Shown here: positions 24,340 to 36,584 of the stretch, piece by piece | Layout of the letters: each line of letters starts with the position of its first letter | Numbering within the stretch: the stretch's first letter is position 1 | Position numbers and translations under genes: made by a program | The notes under the pieces: generated by a model | The model's input: only the letters and a program-made list of their open reading frames with translations | What the model was told of the DNA's origin: nothing | The model's database searches: none | Assembly: GCF_001194135.2 (NCBI RefSeq) | Contig: NC_068986.1 | Location: forward strand, 40,184,495 to 40,248,494 | Origin: Octopus bimaculoides | Taxonomy: Eukaryota | Length of the DNA: 64,000 nt | Direction of reading: 5' to 3'

Positions 24340-24730
24340 GTGCAGGCATGGCTATGCATATAGGTGGAGACTTGGCTGTGTGGTTAAGAAGCTCATTTTG
24401 GAACCATATAGGTTCAGGTTCAGTCCCACTGCATGGTACCTTTAGTAAGCGTCTTCTATTATAACCCTAAATTGACCAATACCTTGTAAGTGAATTTAGT
24501 TGATGGAGACTGTGGAAGCCTGTCATATATGTTTGTGTATGTGTGTCTCACCACCAACTGGTGTTGGTTTGTTTACATTCCTGTAACTTAGCAGTATGGC
24601 AAAAAAAAAAAAGCCTGATAAAATAAGTACCAGAATTAAAAATAAGGACTCAGGTTTGATTTGTTTGACTAAACCCTTCAAGGCAGTGCCCCAGCATGGC
24701 CGCAGTCCAGTGACTGGAACAAGTAAAAAG
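24340..24730 (+). mobile_element. Older B1-type SINE immediately downstream of the previous copy
   Basis: Same modules, heavily CpG-decayed. Confidence 0.75.
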
Positions 24731-26057
24731 CAAGATATAGTTTTAATAATTTCCAATATTGGCACCAAACAGCACTTGGAGGTGAGGTTATATTGTTGAT
24801 TGAATTGATGATTCTATATATGCCAAGGACTTATTGTCAAAATAAAAATATCATTATCTCGTAATCAATCAAATTGAAGAATAAATACTATATTTCCTTC
24901 CCGCCCTGCTCCACCTTTTCCTTTTTCCTAATTGTGTAGTTGGTGTTTGCAAGAGCATCTAGCAATAAAAATCTCCTGCATCAAGAATTGATGTAAATAT
25001 TTCCAATTCATAACAACTGTCCAAACCATTCAACTATAAGATACAGCTAAAAGACATTTTCAAAAAAAAAAGAAAAAGAAAAACAGTGAAAAATAAATAC
25101 ATACATAAAACTAATAAAAATATAACGGATTGATAAATATTTTTCATATTCTTAATATGTTTAGCTTAACATGAGGATTGCTTGCAACTGAATCAATTCC
25201 ATTGAAGGGTGGTTAGTCGAAAGTGGTTGTGCACGAGAAAACCAGAACCACTAAAAGTATAAAAAGAAAACAAAGAAAATTGAAGAACACGCAACTAAGA
25301 CTATAACTGCTCACTGATTGTTTCTTAGAAATTTCTCAACTTTGATTCCTGTTTATCAGAGTTCCAACGGAAGCAGTGTCTTGAATGATTATGAATTATT
25401 CATAAACACTGATAAGAATCGCTTAAAAAAAACAAAAAAAAACAAAAACAAAAGACAAAAACATCTGATGTGCATTTTTTTTTTTGTCTTTGTCGGTGCA
25501 GAAAACTCATAGCAAAATGAAATGATTTTAATTTAGAACTGATCTTTCTTCAGATTCCGTCTCTTCTAACAAACATCTAAAAAATATGCTTTAGTATATG
25601 ACAAAAGTCTTTTTAGCAATTTTGTCCCTCTCCTTGAAATAACATTCGAAATATTTAAAAATATTGCAGTTATTTTGAAGTTACTGTGTATTTGCATTTT
25701 TTTTTTTTTTTCTGAAATTCTTTTTTTATTATTATTATTTTCTTTTACAATTTTATCTGCAAGAAAATATTTTCGGTTAGTTTTTGATTCTTTGCTTGGT
25801 GTCATTGGATTCTTTTCTTGTATAACAGGAAAAGACGAAGGCTTTTACCATACAGTTTTTAGTTTTGCATAATAATTTTTTTCTTCCCAAGATCAACTTG
25901 TTGCTAACAACCCTTTTTATAAAACTCTTTAAAAAGTATTTGAAATCGACATTAAAATATAAAACCATTTAAGGAACATAAGGGCCACTCCCTTCCTTTT
26001 AGTTTTCTTTTGAATTAATTTGAACCAGTTTGTCTATCAAACCATATCACTGACTGA

Positions 26058-26460
26058 GTGCAGGCATGACTGTGTGGTTAAGAAGTTTGCTACTCAACCA
26101 TATAGTTTCAGGTTCAATCCCACTGCATGGCATTTTGGGCAAGTGTCTTCTACTATTGCCCCAGGTTGACCAATGCATTTTGAGTGTATTTGGTAGATGG
26201 AAACTGTAAGAAACCCATCACATACACATATGCACACATGTATATGTGTAAGTGTGCATGTTTGTGTCCCTCTTGTCTTGAATTGCATGATGTTTGTAAA
26301 TGAGTATGACAGCCATACAAACAGTGTCATTCGGGAAGTACTACCTTGCTTTGAAACAGTTGAGGGTGAGTGACAGGAAGGGCATCCAGCTATAGAGAAT
26401 CGGACTCAATAGATGCTGTCCAACCCATGCATGAAAGAGTGGATATTAAAATGATGGTGA
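26058..26460 (+). mobile_element. SINE family B2 (B head + RTE-a-like 3' tail)
   Basis: B head; 3' end GACAGGAAGGGCATCCAGCTATAGAG...GTCCAACCCATGC...GTGGATATTAAAATGATG parallels the RTE-a terminus at 30085-30229. Confidence 0.78.
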
Positions 26461-26561
26461 TTTTTATATTTGATTCCTTTTGGCTGAATATTAAGATTTT
26501 CGACTTACTTACTCTCTCACACTGAAATAAATATCTTTTGTGCAATATTCTGTGCACATTA

Positions 26562-26777
26562 AGGTGGCGAGCTGGCAGAAATGTTAGCATGCTGGGCAAA
26601 ATGCTTAGCGGTATTTCTTCTGTGTTTACAATCCGAGTTCAAATTCCACTGAGGTCGACTTTGCATTTCATCTTTTCGGGGTTGATAAATTAAGTACCAG
26701 TTGCATACTAGGGTCGATCTAATCGACTGCCCCCCTCCCAATAAAAAATTTCAGGCCTTGTGTCTAGAGTAGAAAAG
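26562..26777 (+). mobile_element. Family A SINE with 18-bp TSD
   Basis: TSD AATATTCTGTGCACATTA (26544-26561) / AATATTTTGTGCACATTA (26778-26795), one mismatch. Confidence 0.93.
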
Positions 26778-26934
26778 AATATTTTGTGCACATTATATAA
26801 TATCTTACTGATTCAAGAGTTGGGGATATAAGTTCAGTTTACCTAAGGACTAAAATGTAGTATTGAAAGTTTCTTAGTATTGTAGCATATACTTCATTAC
26901 TGAAGTCCTTTATTCATTTGCTAGTGCAAGATCT

Positions 26935-27090
26935 GGTGTTTTATGCCTGGTACTTATTCTATCAGTTGTCTTTTGCCAAACTGCTAAGTTACAGGGATGT
27001 AAACAACCCAACACCAGTTGTCAAGCAGTGGTGGGATACAAACACAGAACAGACACACACACTCAGATACATACATACATACATTTATAT

Positions 27091-27125
<35 letters not shown>

Positions 27126-27300
27126 CATGCACACACACACACACACATATATGATGGGCTTCTTTCAGTTTCTGTTTACTAAATCCACTCTCAACATTAT
27201 GGTCAGCCCAAGGCTTTAGAAGACACTTGCCCAAGGTGCCTTGCAGTGGGAATGAACCCAGAACCATGCGGTTGGGAAACAAGCTTCTTAGCACACACCC
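26935..27300 (-). mobile_element. SINE family B1 (3'-truncated)
   Basis: Reverse match to 23901-24230. Confidence 0.8.
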
Positions 27301-28184
27301 ACACAGAGTGTCCATAAATTTTCTTACAACTTACACAATCTATCATTTAGATGTATTGTGTCCACCAATGGAGCCTGTGTGGAAGTGTTCTGATGTTTCT
27401 AATAAAACTTTATTTGTTTGCCTATGTATTCCAGTAAACCCTGCTGAGTTATCCTTATTTTTCAAAGGTAATTTATGGACACCCAGTATATGCAAAAAAG
27501 AATTAAGTAAAAGATAAAACATTTATTGAAATAAAAGAAACATTTAATTCGTATTAGTTTTAACTGCTTTTATTTCTATAAGCAATATTAAATACAACAA
27601 AGCACAGTCTGGAAGCTTTGACAATGAAGTAATGTCTATGTATACATGAATTTAGTGGAGTAAACAATTTTTATGATAAGGATATCTGTGAGATCATCTT
27701 GCTATTGTAGGTTGACTTAGACCAGCAAAGATCTTTTCCTTCTGTTAAATGGATCACCAGCTCTACTTAGAGCAAACATACAGCTGACCATATGTGAATA
27801 CATTTAGTAGCGTGACAAATTGAAGTAAAAATAGTGATAGCTAGATACATGAAATTTCTTTTGGGGGAAGAAGGTAACTTATTAAAATTCAACAGAGATA
27901 AAAAAAAAAAAAATCATTCCGAAGTTTTCTTAAGAAAAATTTAAAGATCGGAGATTCACAACTTTCTATTTTGTAATAAATTTATTTTTAAAGAAGAAAT
28001 TTCTAACTTTTGAAAGTGGTAGCTTAATGTCTTTAAAGATTGTGTTGAGAAATGTGTGTGTGTATACATACATGCAAAGAGAGGCTGAGTTGTGAACCAA
28101 ACTGGAAGTTATGTATGTTACGCATGATAGATTTGACAAAAATTATTATAGCGATTTATGGTCTTTTATTATTTTTTTTTTGTG

Positions 28185-28925
28185 AAATGACAGTAATACC
28201 AGAGTGTCAGAAAGTAATAGAAATATTAGATTACCAGATTAAAATGCCAGAAGTATTAGAAAGTTACAGAATTGCTAGAGTGTAATGCTTACAGTGTCAG
28301 GAAGTGGGATTTGTCAGAAAGTGACAGAAATGTTACCAAACTAAAATGCTAGTGTCAGAAAATGGCAGAAATGCTTGCAATAAGATTAAGATGTTAAAGG
28401 CAGAAATACTAGGCTGAAGTGCTAGAATTGTTTGTTCAGACAAAAATGCTTGTGTCAAAAAGTGACAGAAAGGCTATCAGACTAAAATGCTTGTCAGAAA
28501 GTGACATAAATGCTTTCAGACTTAATATACTAGAATATCAAGTAAATAATAAAAAGGCTAGAAAACCAGAGTGAAAAAGCTAGTGTCAAAAAACTAACGA
28601 AAATACTAAAATGCTAATGTGTCAGAAATTGATAGATTTACAATGTCAGAGAGTGACAGAAATGCAACCAGACTAAAATGTTAGTGTCAGATAGTGACAG
28701 AAATGCTTCTTCCAGAAAGTGATAGAAATACTACCAGACTAAAATGCTGCTTCCAGTAAGTGACAGAAATGCTACCAGACTAAAATGCTAGTGTCAGAAA
28801 ATGCTGTCGTGTTAAAATACTAGTATGAGAAAGTGACAGAACAGTTAACTGACTAAAATGCTAGGGTGTCAGAAAGTGACTGAAAGACATAATGCTGGTG
28901 TTAGGAAGTGACAAAAAGGCTAGAG
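28185..28925 (+). repeat. Degenerate ~41-bp minisatellite (consensus ~GTGTCAGAAAGTGACAGAAATGCTACCAGACTAAAATGCTA)
   Basis: Repeated units visible; best-preserved stretch at 28758-28800. Confidence 0.85.
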
Positions 28926-29279
28926 GGTAAAATTGAAATGTCTTGTAGTATTGAAATCAAGTCCTGTAAAACAAGGCAGTGCAGTGCTCCAGCATGGCTG
29001 CAGTCCAATGACAGAAACAAGCAAACGGTAAAAGAAAGATGTATATATATATATATATGTAATGTATTTAAGGTGTTCTATTATAATTTCATTCTTTATA
29101 GGAATATTAAAATCATACCAGTAACTTGACTAGAACTTTATCCTATCAATTCCAGAAGAATAACTGGCAAAGTTGAATTCGACAGTCTTTGAACTCCAAA
29201 TACAAAGAGCCTTACATAAATATATACTTTTCATTCTGATATGTATATGTGCATGTGTATATATATATATATATATATC

Positions 29280-30229
29280 TCACTCAGAGTAAAAGGCAGA
29301 CTGTATGACGCATGCGTACGAACAACCATGCTACATGGCAGTGAAACATGGGCTGTAACTGCTGAGGACATATGTAAGCTCGCAAGGAATGAAGCCAGTA
29401 TGCTCCGTTGGATGTGTAATGTCAATGTGAATACCCGTCAGAGTATAAGTATCTTGAGAGAAAAGCTGAACATTAGAAGCATCAGTTGTGGCGTGCAAGA
29501 GAGACGATTGCGCTGGTATGGACATGTGGTGAGAATGGAGGAGGATAGCTGCGTGAAAAAGTGCCACNNNNNNNNNNNNNNNNNNNNNNNNNNNNNNNNN
29601 NNNNNNNNNNNNNNNNNNNNNNNNNNNNNNNNNNNNNNNNNNNNNNNNNNNNNNNNNNNNNNNNNNNNNNNNNNNNNNNNNNNNNNNNNNNNNNNNNNNN
29701 NNNNNNNNNNNNNNNNNNNNNNNNNNNNNNNNNNNNNNNNNNNNNNNNNNNNNNNNNNNNNNNNNNNNNNNNNNNNNNNNNNNNNNNNNNNNNNNNNNNN
29801 NNNNNNNNNNNNNNNNNNNNNNNNNNNNNNNNNNNNNNNNNNNNNNNNNNNNNNNNNNNNNNNNNNNNNNNNNNNNNNNNNNNNNNNNNNNNNNNNNNNN
29901 NNNNNNNNNNNNNNNNNNNNNNNNNNNNNNNNNNNNNNNNNACTGGCTCCTGTAGGATTTTTGAGCGAGATCGTTGCCAGTGCCCCTGGACTGGCTTGTG
30001 CGGGTGGCACATAAAAGACACCATTTCGAGCGTGGCCGTTTTCGTGCGGGTGACACGTAAAAGCACCCACTACACTCTCTGAGTGGTTGGCGTTAGGAAG
30101 GGCATCCAGCTGTAGAAACTCTGCCAAATCAGACTGGAGCCTGGTGTTGCCATCCGGTTTCACCAGTCCTCAGTCAAATCGTCCAACCCATGCTAGCATG
30201 GAAAGCGGACGTTAAACGACGATGATGAT
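29280..30229 (+). mobile_element. 5'-truncated RTE-clade LINE (RTE-a): post-RT C-terminal coding region, gap, 3' UTR and (GAT)n tail
   Basis: SLRVKGRLYDACVRTTMLHGSETWAVT...MLRWMCNV...LREKLNIRSISCGVQERRLRWYGHVVRMEEDSCVKKC is typical RTE ORF C-terminus (KLY...LLYGSETW; RRLRWxGHV). Confidence 0.92.
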
Positions 30230-30954
30230 ATATATTATACACACACACTCAAAATGGAAATGATGAACACAAAAAAGAAAGCACTGGGAGGACAAGTTTT
30301 AACAAATGTATTTGATGCTTAAAAGGAAGGGAAACACATACACACACACACACACAAGTAACCGTTATAAGCAACTAGTTTTTTTGACTGTGCTGATCAA
30401 TAGTAGTGAGGTTGCTAATCAAATGACTAGAAACAATCTTATAAGTCCAGCTGCTTAGATGAACTTGTTAATTTGGTTGATTGTCATTTGAGCTATTGTC
30501 ACGCATTCTTGTTTTTTTTCTTTTTGAGGACATGCAAACCAAAAGCATATCCTTAGGAAAAAAGTACATGGTCCTGTAGACAGGACATGAAGGTAGTCGA
30601 GAAAAGTGTTGCTATACTAAATACACTGTGAAGGTGTATGGCCTTGCAGTTGAGTGTTGGCTTATGATCATAAAATTACACATTCAATTCCTGTTTCAGC
30701 CGGTATATTGTATCCTTAAGCAAGGCATTGTGTTCACATTGTTCCTGTCTATTTAGTTGTAATGAGTACCATCTAGGTGCTGGTGTAAGACTTCTCTCTG
30801 CACCTGTCACATCTTGGATGTTCTACTGGTCTAAGTGACAGGTGGTCAAGAGAGTGTCTCTGCTTTTAACTACATAAGTGTATCAAACAACTAGCAAAAT
30901 CATAGTACAATCTACCAGGCCATAGTCGCTCATGAGTGATGGCTGGCTAAACTG

Positions 30955-31410
30955 TATTGACTTACTTAAGCCTTTTGCTCCCTATGGAGCATAGATCATT
31001 GGCAAGTTTTCTCCAATGTTTTCAACTTTGGGCTGTCCTTTCTGCTTCTCTCCAGTTGGATTCCTGCTTTTTCAACTCTGCTTCACTTTCTTACCTCCAG
31101 TTACTTTTGGTGTGTCCTCTCTTCTACCTTTCTTGTGTGTTCATGTGTTTCCTTGAAAGAGGGCCTTCTTCTCCCAGGCCTTGTTGGTTTCAGATTGCCC
31201 TTGATATCACTGTAATTTTGCTTTTCTCTAGATACAGTTGTTGGCCCCTACACAAACCCATTTTTATCTCTGGAATGAGGTGGTGCATATTAGTCAGGCT
31301 CTTCTCTTTTGACCTGTCCAGTATGGGAGTCCCTCCCAGGAGCTGACATAGCTTTCAAGATCATTGAAGAACACAAGGCACCATACCACAACAAGGACTG
31401 GACCTTGTGG
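30955..31410 (-). mobile_element. Degraded RTE-clade LINE 3' end (RTE-b) with (TAAG)n-type tail
   Basis: Manual translation KRGHTKSNWR*ESEAELKKQESNWREAERTAQS*KHWRKLANDLCSIGSKRLK* (stop at 30962-30964) fits the RTE GRPxxTW...QDRxxWR...LC motif; a second short tail copy lies at ~59691-59745. Confidence 0.8.
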
Positions 31411-31454
31411 TGGAAAAAAACATCCAGTAACTATATAGATGTGGTCTTATTTAA

Positions 31455-31673
31455 CCCTTAGCATTTAGATAACTTTGTCAAATGTAATGCTTATATATTC
31501 CCATTGTTTTAAATTTATCATTCATTATCTCATAGCTTCAAGATTTTGATGGTGTGATTGTGAATTTTTAGAATAACATTGTAGGATACATGTGAGAAGT
31601 CAGATCTGTCTGGGTTGAACAGAAAACAGGTACAATATCTGGGCTGGATATGCCCAGTTTAAATGCTAATGGG
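31455..31673. mobile_element. piggyBac-type MITE family 1 (219 bp)
   Basis: TTAA-CCCTTAGCATTTA ... TAAATGCTAATGGG-TTAA; inverted copy of the same length at 61990-62208; partial copy at ~32941-33115. Confidence 0.85.
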
Positions 31674-31884
31674 TTAATTATTGTTAGTTGTGTGTTAAAT
31701 AACTTGAGCTGAATATAAAAAAGAAACCCCATTAACTTCACTGCAAAATTTGTATTTCACCACATATTATAAACTGAACTTGTAACTTCAAGCTGTGCTA
31801 TAACTATTGTAATATTCTCATGGAAATCACCTGGTAGAAAATAGTTGAGAAAGGAAAAGAGTAAGAAAAGCAGCCATGATTTCA

Positions 31885-32050
31885 TCATTTAGCATTTGCT
31901 TTCCATGCTGGCATGGGTTAGACGGTTTGATTGGAACTGGTAGGCCAGTAAGCCGCACTAAGTTCTAGTCTGATTTAGCTTGGTTTCTACGGCTGGATGC
32001 CTTTCCTAATGTCAGCCACTCCAAGAGTGTAATGGGTGCTTTTTATGAGC
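31885..32050 (-). mobile_element. RTE-a LINE 3' UTR fragment (old)
   Basis: TTTCCATGCTGGCATGGGTTAGACGG...GCTGGATGCCTTTCCTAATGTCAGCCACTCC. Confidence 0.7.
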
Positions 32051-32423
32051 CAGGGCAAATAGAATATTTGTCCTGGCAATTCATATGGAACCATTTTACA
32101 TATGGAAAAATGGCAAGTGTGGAAAGAAAAAAGAAAAGAAAAAGAGCACTCAACTCCAAAGGAGGAAGAAATATAAAGCAAAACAAAAAACATTACAAAA
32201 ACAAGTCCTTTTCCTAAATATTGTGAAAATATCTTTTAGCATCAATGTTGTTGATTCCGAGACCTTTTAAGAGATAATATTTACATTGATGGAAGCAGAT
32301 GCTGGGATGCTATTTTTCCATGCTGATCTAATTCATTTCAACATGAAAAAATGGATATCAAATTGTTGATGATGATTATGATGTTGATATTTTGCTGCAA
32401 GTGAAAATATGAAGTCGGTAGGT

Positions 32424-32458
<35 letters not shown>

Positions 32459-33234
32459 CTAAATGAAGACATACAATTCAATGTCACCTTGCATGGTTTC
32501 TTTGAGTTCTCTTGTAAAAAAAAAATATTTTCATTTGATTGATTACACTTTTTATCTATGAGAGGAAGGTCATCAATATTTTTTGTTGTTTTGTTTTGTG
32601 AGTCTTTAATAAACAATAATTTAAGTGTTACACAATTTTTTTTATTAGTCACCCATGGAAAGATAACAATACTTGCCAATATTGTATCCAGTCTAGCTCC
32701 GAAATCAGTCCTGATTGTTCAGTCTTTCTTCAGACATATTACATCTAGGACTGTATATTCAACATATCCTTTCTTTTGAAGTGCCCTTATTTGCTAGTCA
32801 TACATTGTTGTTTAGCTCAGGTCTACCTTAAACTTATCAGGCTTATTATCAAAAGTGCTCCAGTTGTGCTTGACATAGCTATAATTTGGTATATCACAGA
32901 TTTCACTTGTTCAATGTGTTCTTTTTGTTTTTAAATCAACCATATCTGGCCCAAATATTCTACCTGTTTTTGTTCAAAGTGGCCAGATCTAACCTATCAC
33001 ACCTACCCTAAATAGTAATTAATCATCTCATTTGAAATCTCAAAGCTACAAGATAATGCATGATTAATTCAAAACTATGTAAATGAATATTACTTTTGAA
33101 TACTAAAGAGTCAAAGACAGCAGGGTTTGATTTGTGAGTTGTTTGGTTTATATTTTAATTGGTAGAGCAACTACATTATGGGCTTCCTCTTGGTGGTACT
33201 TATAATACTAAAGTGAATAGTCTCTTCTCATATT

Positions 33235-33478
33235 TAGGGCTGTGGAGTCGAAACAAAAAACTTTGACTCTGACTCCTATTCGCACCTCCGACTGACTCCT
33301 CTTTATGTAATTGATTGTGGTCTACATATCTCAAAGCATATGCATATGCTTGTACTTTGAGTAGGCCTTTATGTTATAACTGGTTTATATTAAAGAATAA
33401 AGATATTGTGAGTCAGAGTCAGTATTGTTTTACTGACTCCGACTACCCTTTAATTGTTTCTGACTCCCACAACTCCTG
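33235..33478. mobile_element. hAT-type MITE (244 bp) with perfect 8-bp TSD
   Basis: TSD CTCATATT at 33227-33234 and 33479-33486; ends TAGGGCTGTGGAGTC / GACTCCCACAACTCCTG; multiple GACTC/GAGTC subterminal repeats. Confidence 0.88.
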
Positions 33479-35857
33479 CTCATATTACCTATTTGTTACA
33501 AAGGAAACTGAGCTGTTGAGATATCTTTGCAAAGAACTCAAAAGTAAAATAGCACAGAACATTGTATAAGCAAAACTGACTCAATTAGCAAAAAAGAACT
33601 GCAGCACTGTGAGACTGTGAGACTCAAGACTCCCTGAAGAGGAGTCATATGGCTAAATCGTAGTTCTTGATTTTGTAGTGTTGATTGGAGAATCACAAAT
33701 AGCTTTCGCTGCTGTTGGAATTGAGCTCAACACTACAAGCCATTGAAGTAATGTGCTACCACTGCTTACAGCAATGAACTGATTGTTAGCTATTATATTG
33801 ACTTGGCTGTCTAGCCACTGCTATTTCTCCTGTACACTTGCTGAAAAGTAACATGGTTTAAACTTTGGTGTATCCATTCTTCCATGTGGGTATGGGTTTT
33901 ATAGCCAGATGCTCTTCTTGTTGACAATCTTTCTCATCACCTCATATGAAACAGGGATATGGTATACCTACTCATTCTGAGCAGAAGAAATATGAGAGGT
34001 ATACATATAAAGCTGGTTGGTCTGATATGTTTGAATATTGAATTTTGTTTTTAAAATTACTCTCTTGAAGACGTTGTCTTGAATTCTAGTCTCTATCAAG
34101 TCTCATTGAAAAGGAAAGAAAGGGAAAAAAACCGTCATATAAACCTTTTTTAGGGCTGATTTTTGATATATAAAAGAACTATTATTTTGTGATAGGTATG
34201 TGTATATGAGCAGTTGCAGTAAATTAACCTGTATAGTAGTTATTGTGCGGATCCAGGTTAGCTTTTCGAATTTGTAATGTCTTCTGTTATAAATTCATTC
34301 ACATGCAGGCTGTTTTATAGAAATGTTAAAATTACTCCAGTAACTTGACTGGCGCCTAATTTTTAACAACACCAAAAGAATGAAAAGCATATTTGAAGTC
34401 AGTGGGTCTTGAACTTTAAGCGTGGAGATACATAAGCACTACATGCAGCTTTGTCTGATGCTCTCACGCTTCTGCCAGTAACTAACTTTTAAATGCAGTC
34501 ATTAACTTTCATTATAAAACTTTGCTACCATTTTATAAATTGCAGTTACTGTTGCACGATAACTAACTTTTTACATGTAAAAAATAGTTTGAGAGTAAAA
34601 GTGTTGCAAGCGTTTGTAACGCTCTTAGACTTTCACCTATTTTCTAGCAGTAAAACTGTGAGTGACATTTACTCCTTAAAAAAAAGAAAAAGATAATTCT
34701 TTCACCTTTTTTTTAAACGAAAAACTACTTTCACTTTGTTTTTATAGAAAAAATTCTTTCGGTGTTTAGCAAATTGAAACGAAACGAAAACAATGAGGAA
34801 ACAAAAAAAGAAAAACAAAAACAAAACTTTCACTGAACATATCTGAAATATTAAAAGCTTTTAAGTTTTTTTTAAAAAATAGACGTAGCTCTTTCGTTTC
34901 GCATTATAGGTGAAGAACGTTCGATAGCGAACATCTACAGCAGTTCTGCTGTTCGATACAAAACTCTTTAGTGAGGTTCATAAGTTCAGTCTCCTTAAAA
35001 AGAAACGAAAATGAAACTAAATTTCGCGGGGAAGTGAAATTCCATGAATCCATTTTATAACATATACAGATATTCTCGCTTTTACGGTTCTAAATTCAGT
35101 CACAAAAAGTGACTGTCGTAAACTGTTTTACGGAAACTAAAATTCAGATAGTTTCTAAGAGTGTATTGCAATATTTATATAGCGACATTTTTCGAGAAGC
35201 GGACTTCATGAGACATAACAAACTGCACTACAAAAAATAAATAAATAAATAAAATAAAATAAAACTTAAAAAAACTCAAGGTTAGGCATGCTATTCAGAA
35301 AATTATACGAGTCGCAGTTTGCCCTCGACTGCTACAAAGCATTCGCAACCCTTCCTCCTCCCAATCAAATGGATGTCGCAAGTCTTACCAATTTCTACCC
35401 AATTCGATTCGAATTGTTCAGTTACACCTCCAATAGGTTTGGCATTGTTTCTATATGACACTACTCGTCAATCTCTTAAGAAATTGTACCAATCTATACG
35501 AATACCATCATATATTTTTCATTCGTTAATACTTTATTTTTGAGGAAGTTCTCAGCGCCCCCTATACATGATCATCATCAGCTGCCTGAATGACAAATGC
35601 GAACGAGTGAAGACAAAAAGAATTTAACAGTAACGGATTGATTTTTAAAAAAATGGTTTCTACTGTATTTCCACCGGTAATCGTCGCAATGTTTCTTATG
35701 TGAAATTAAACAGGTTCTCGACACTGTTCACATATACAACTGTTATCGGCAAGACTTCCTTTTGTACCCCACCAAAACCACCCCTTTAAAAAAAAAAATT
35801 TATCTACACAATCCTCCGTTTTTAGCTACAGAGAATATGAATCCAACTACGCCAGTT

Positions 35858-36584
35858 TGTCACGACCACAGAGCTTTTCAGGTCTAGTCGTAGACCACAC
35901 ACGGAACACAGCTCCAGCCAGTTTCCAGCGACGACGTCAACACCACCGATCTACTGTCTACCACAATGTCGTCGCCACCAGCGCCACTACCAGAGTACAC
36001 GCACCAGCAACAACAGCGGTTTCATCTAGATACTGTTTGAGTGGATTGGTTCCACCACGAAGTTAACAGCTAGAACAACCTGCGAGAATCTTCTGTACCA
36101 AGTAACCGGTCGCAGCATCGACGCTCAACTTCACACACAGCATGTGACACCACAGCTCTGCTCCTTGGCCACAACTTCTTATACAGACATTTTACTTGTG
36201 TACCTCTTCTATAAACTGGTATTTCTCTATCTATGTGTTCCGATGCTTATTTGTCTCTGTTACAGACACTTATTCTATGCTCTGTATTTCTTTCTCACAT
36301 ACACACATATTGTATACATACTCTTGTTCACAAGAAGGCCTGTCTTATGTATTGTATTGTTTATATTGCCGCATGCACGCACACACAGACAACACAGTTC
36401 ACTATGTTAATAAACTTACTCTCTCTATATATCTAACGGTTGTCTGTCACTCTCTCTCTTTCCTTTACTGGCAATGGCTCGCATCTCATGTTATATTATG
36501 TTTTTGTGTTCGACCGTGCGACGCGTGAAAAGGAGCTTCTCCATTCGTCGCCATCTCCTATGGTTCGCACGGTCGTATCCTACA
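35858..36584 (+). mobile_element. Possible solo/partial LTR (TGTCACG...AATAAA...TCCTACA)
   Basis: GC-rich 5' part, AATAAA at 36409-36414, structured 3' end, terminal TG...CA; no TSD or PBS found. Confidence 0.35.

Noticed and set aside
28185-28925. CRISPR-like array
   Set aside because: Units are contiguous and degenerate with no unique spacers; eukaryotic context and no cas genes.
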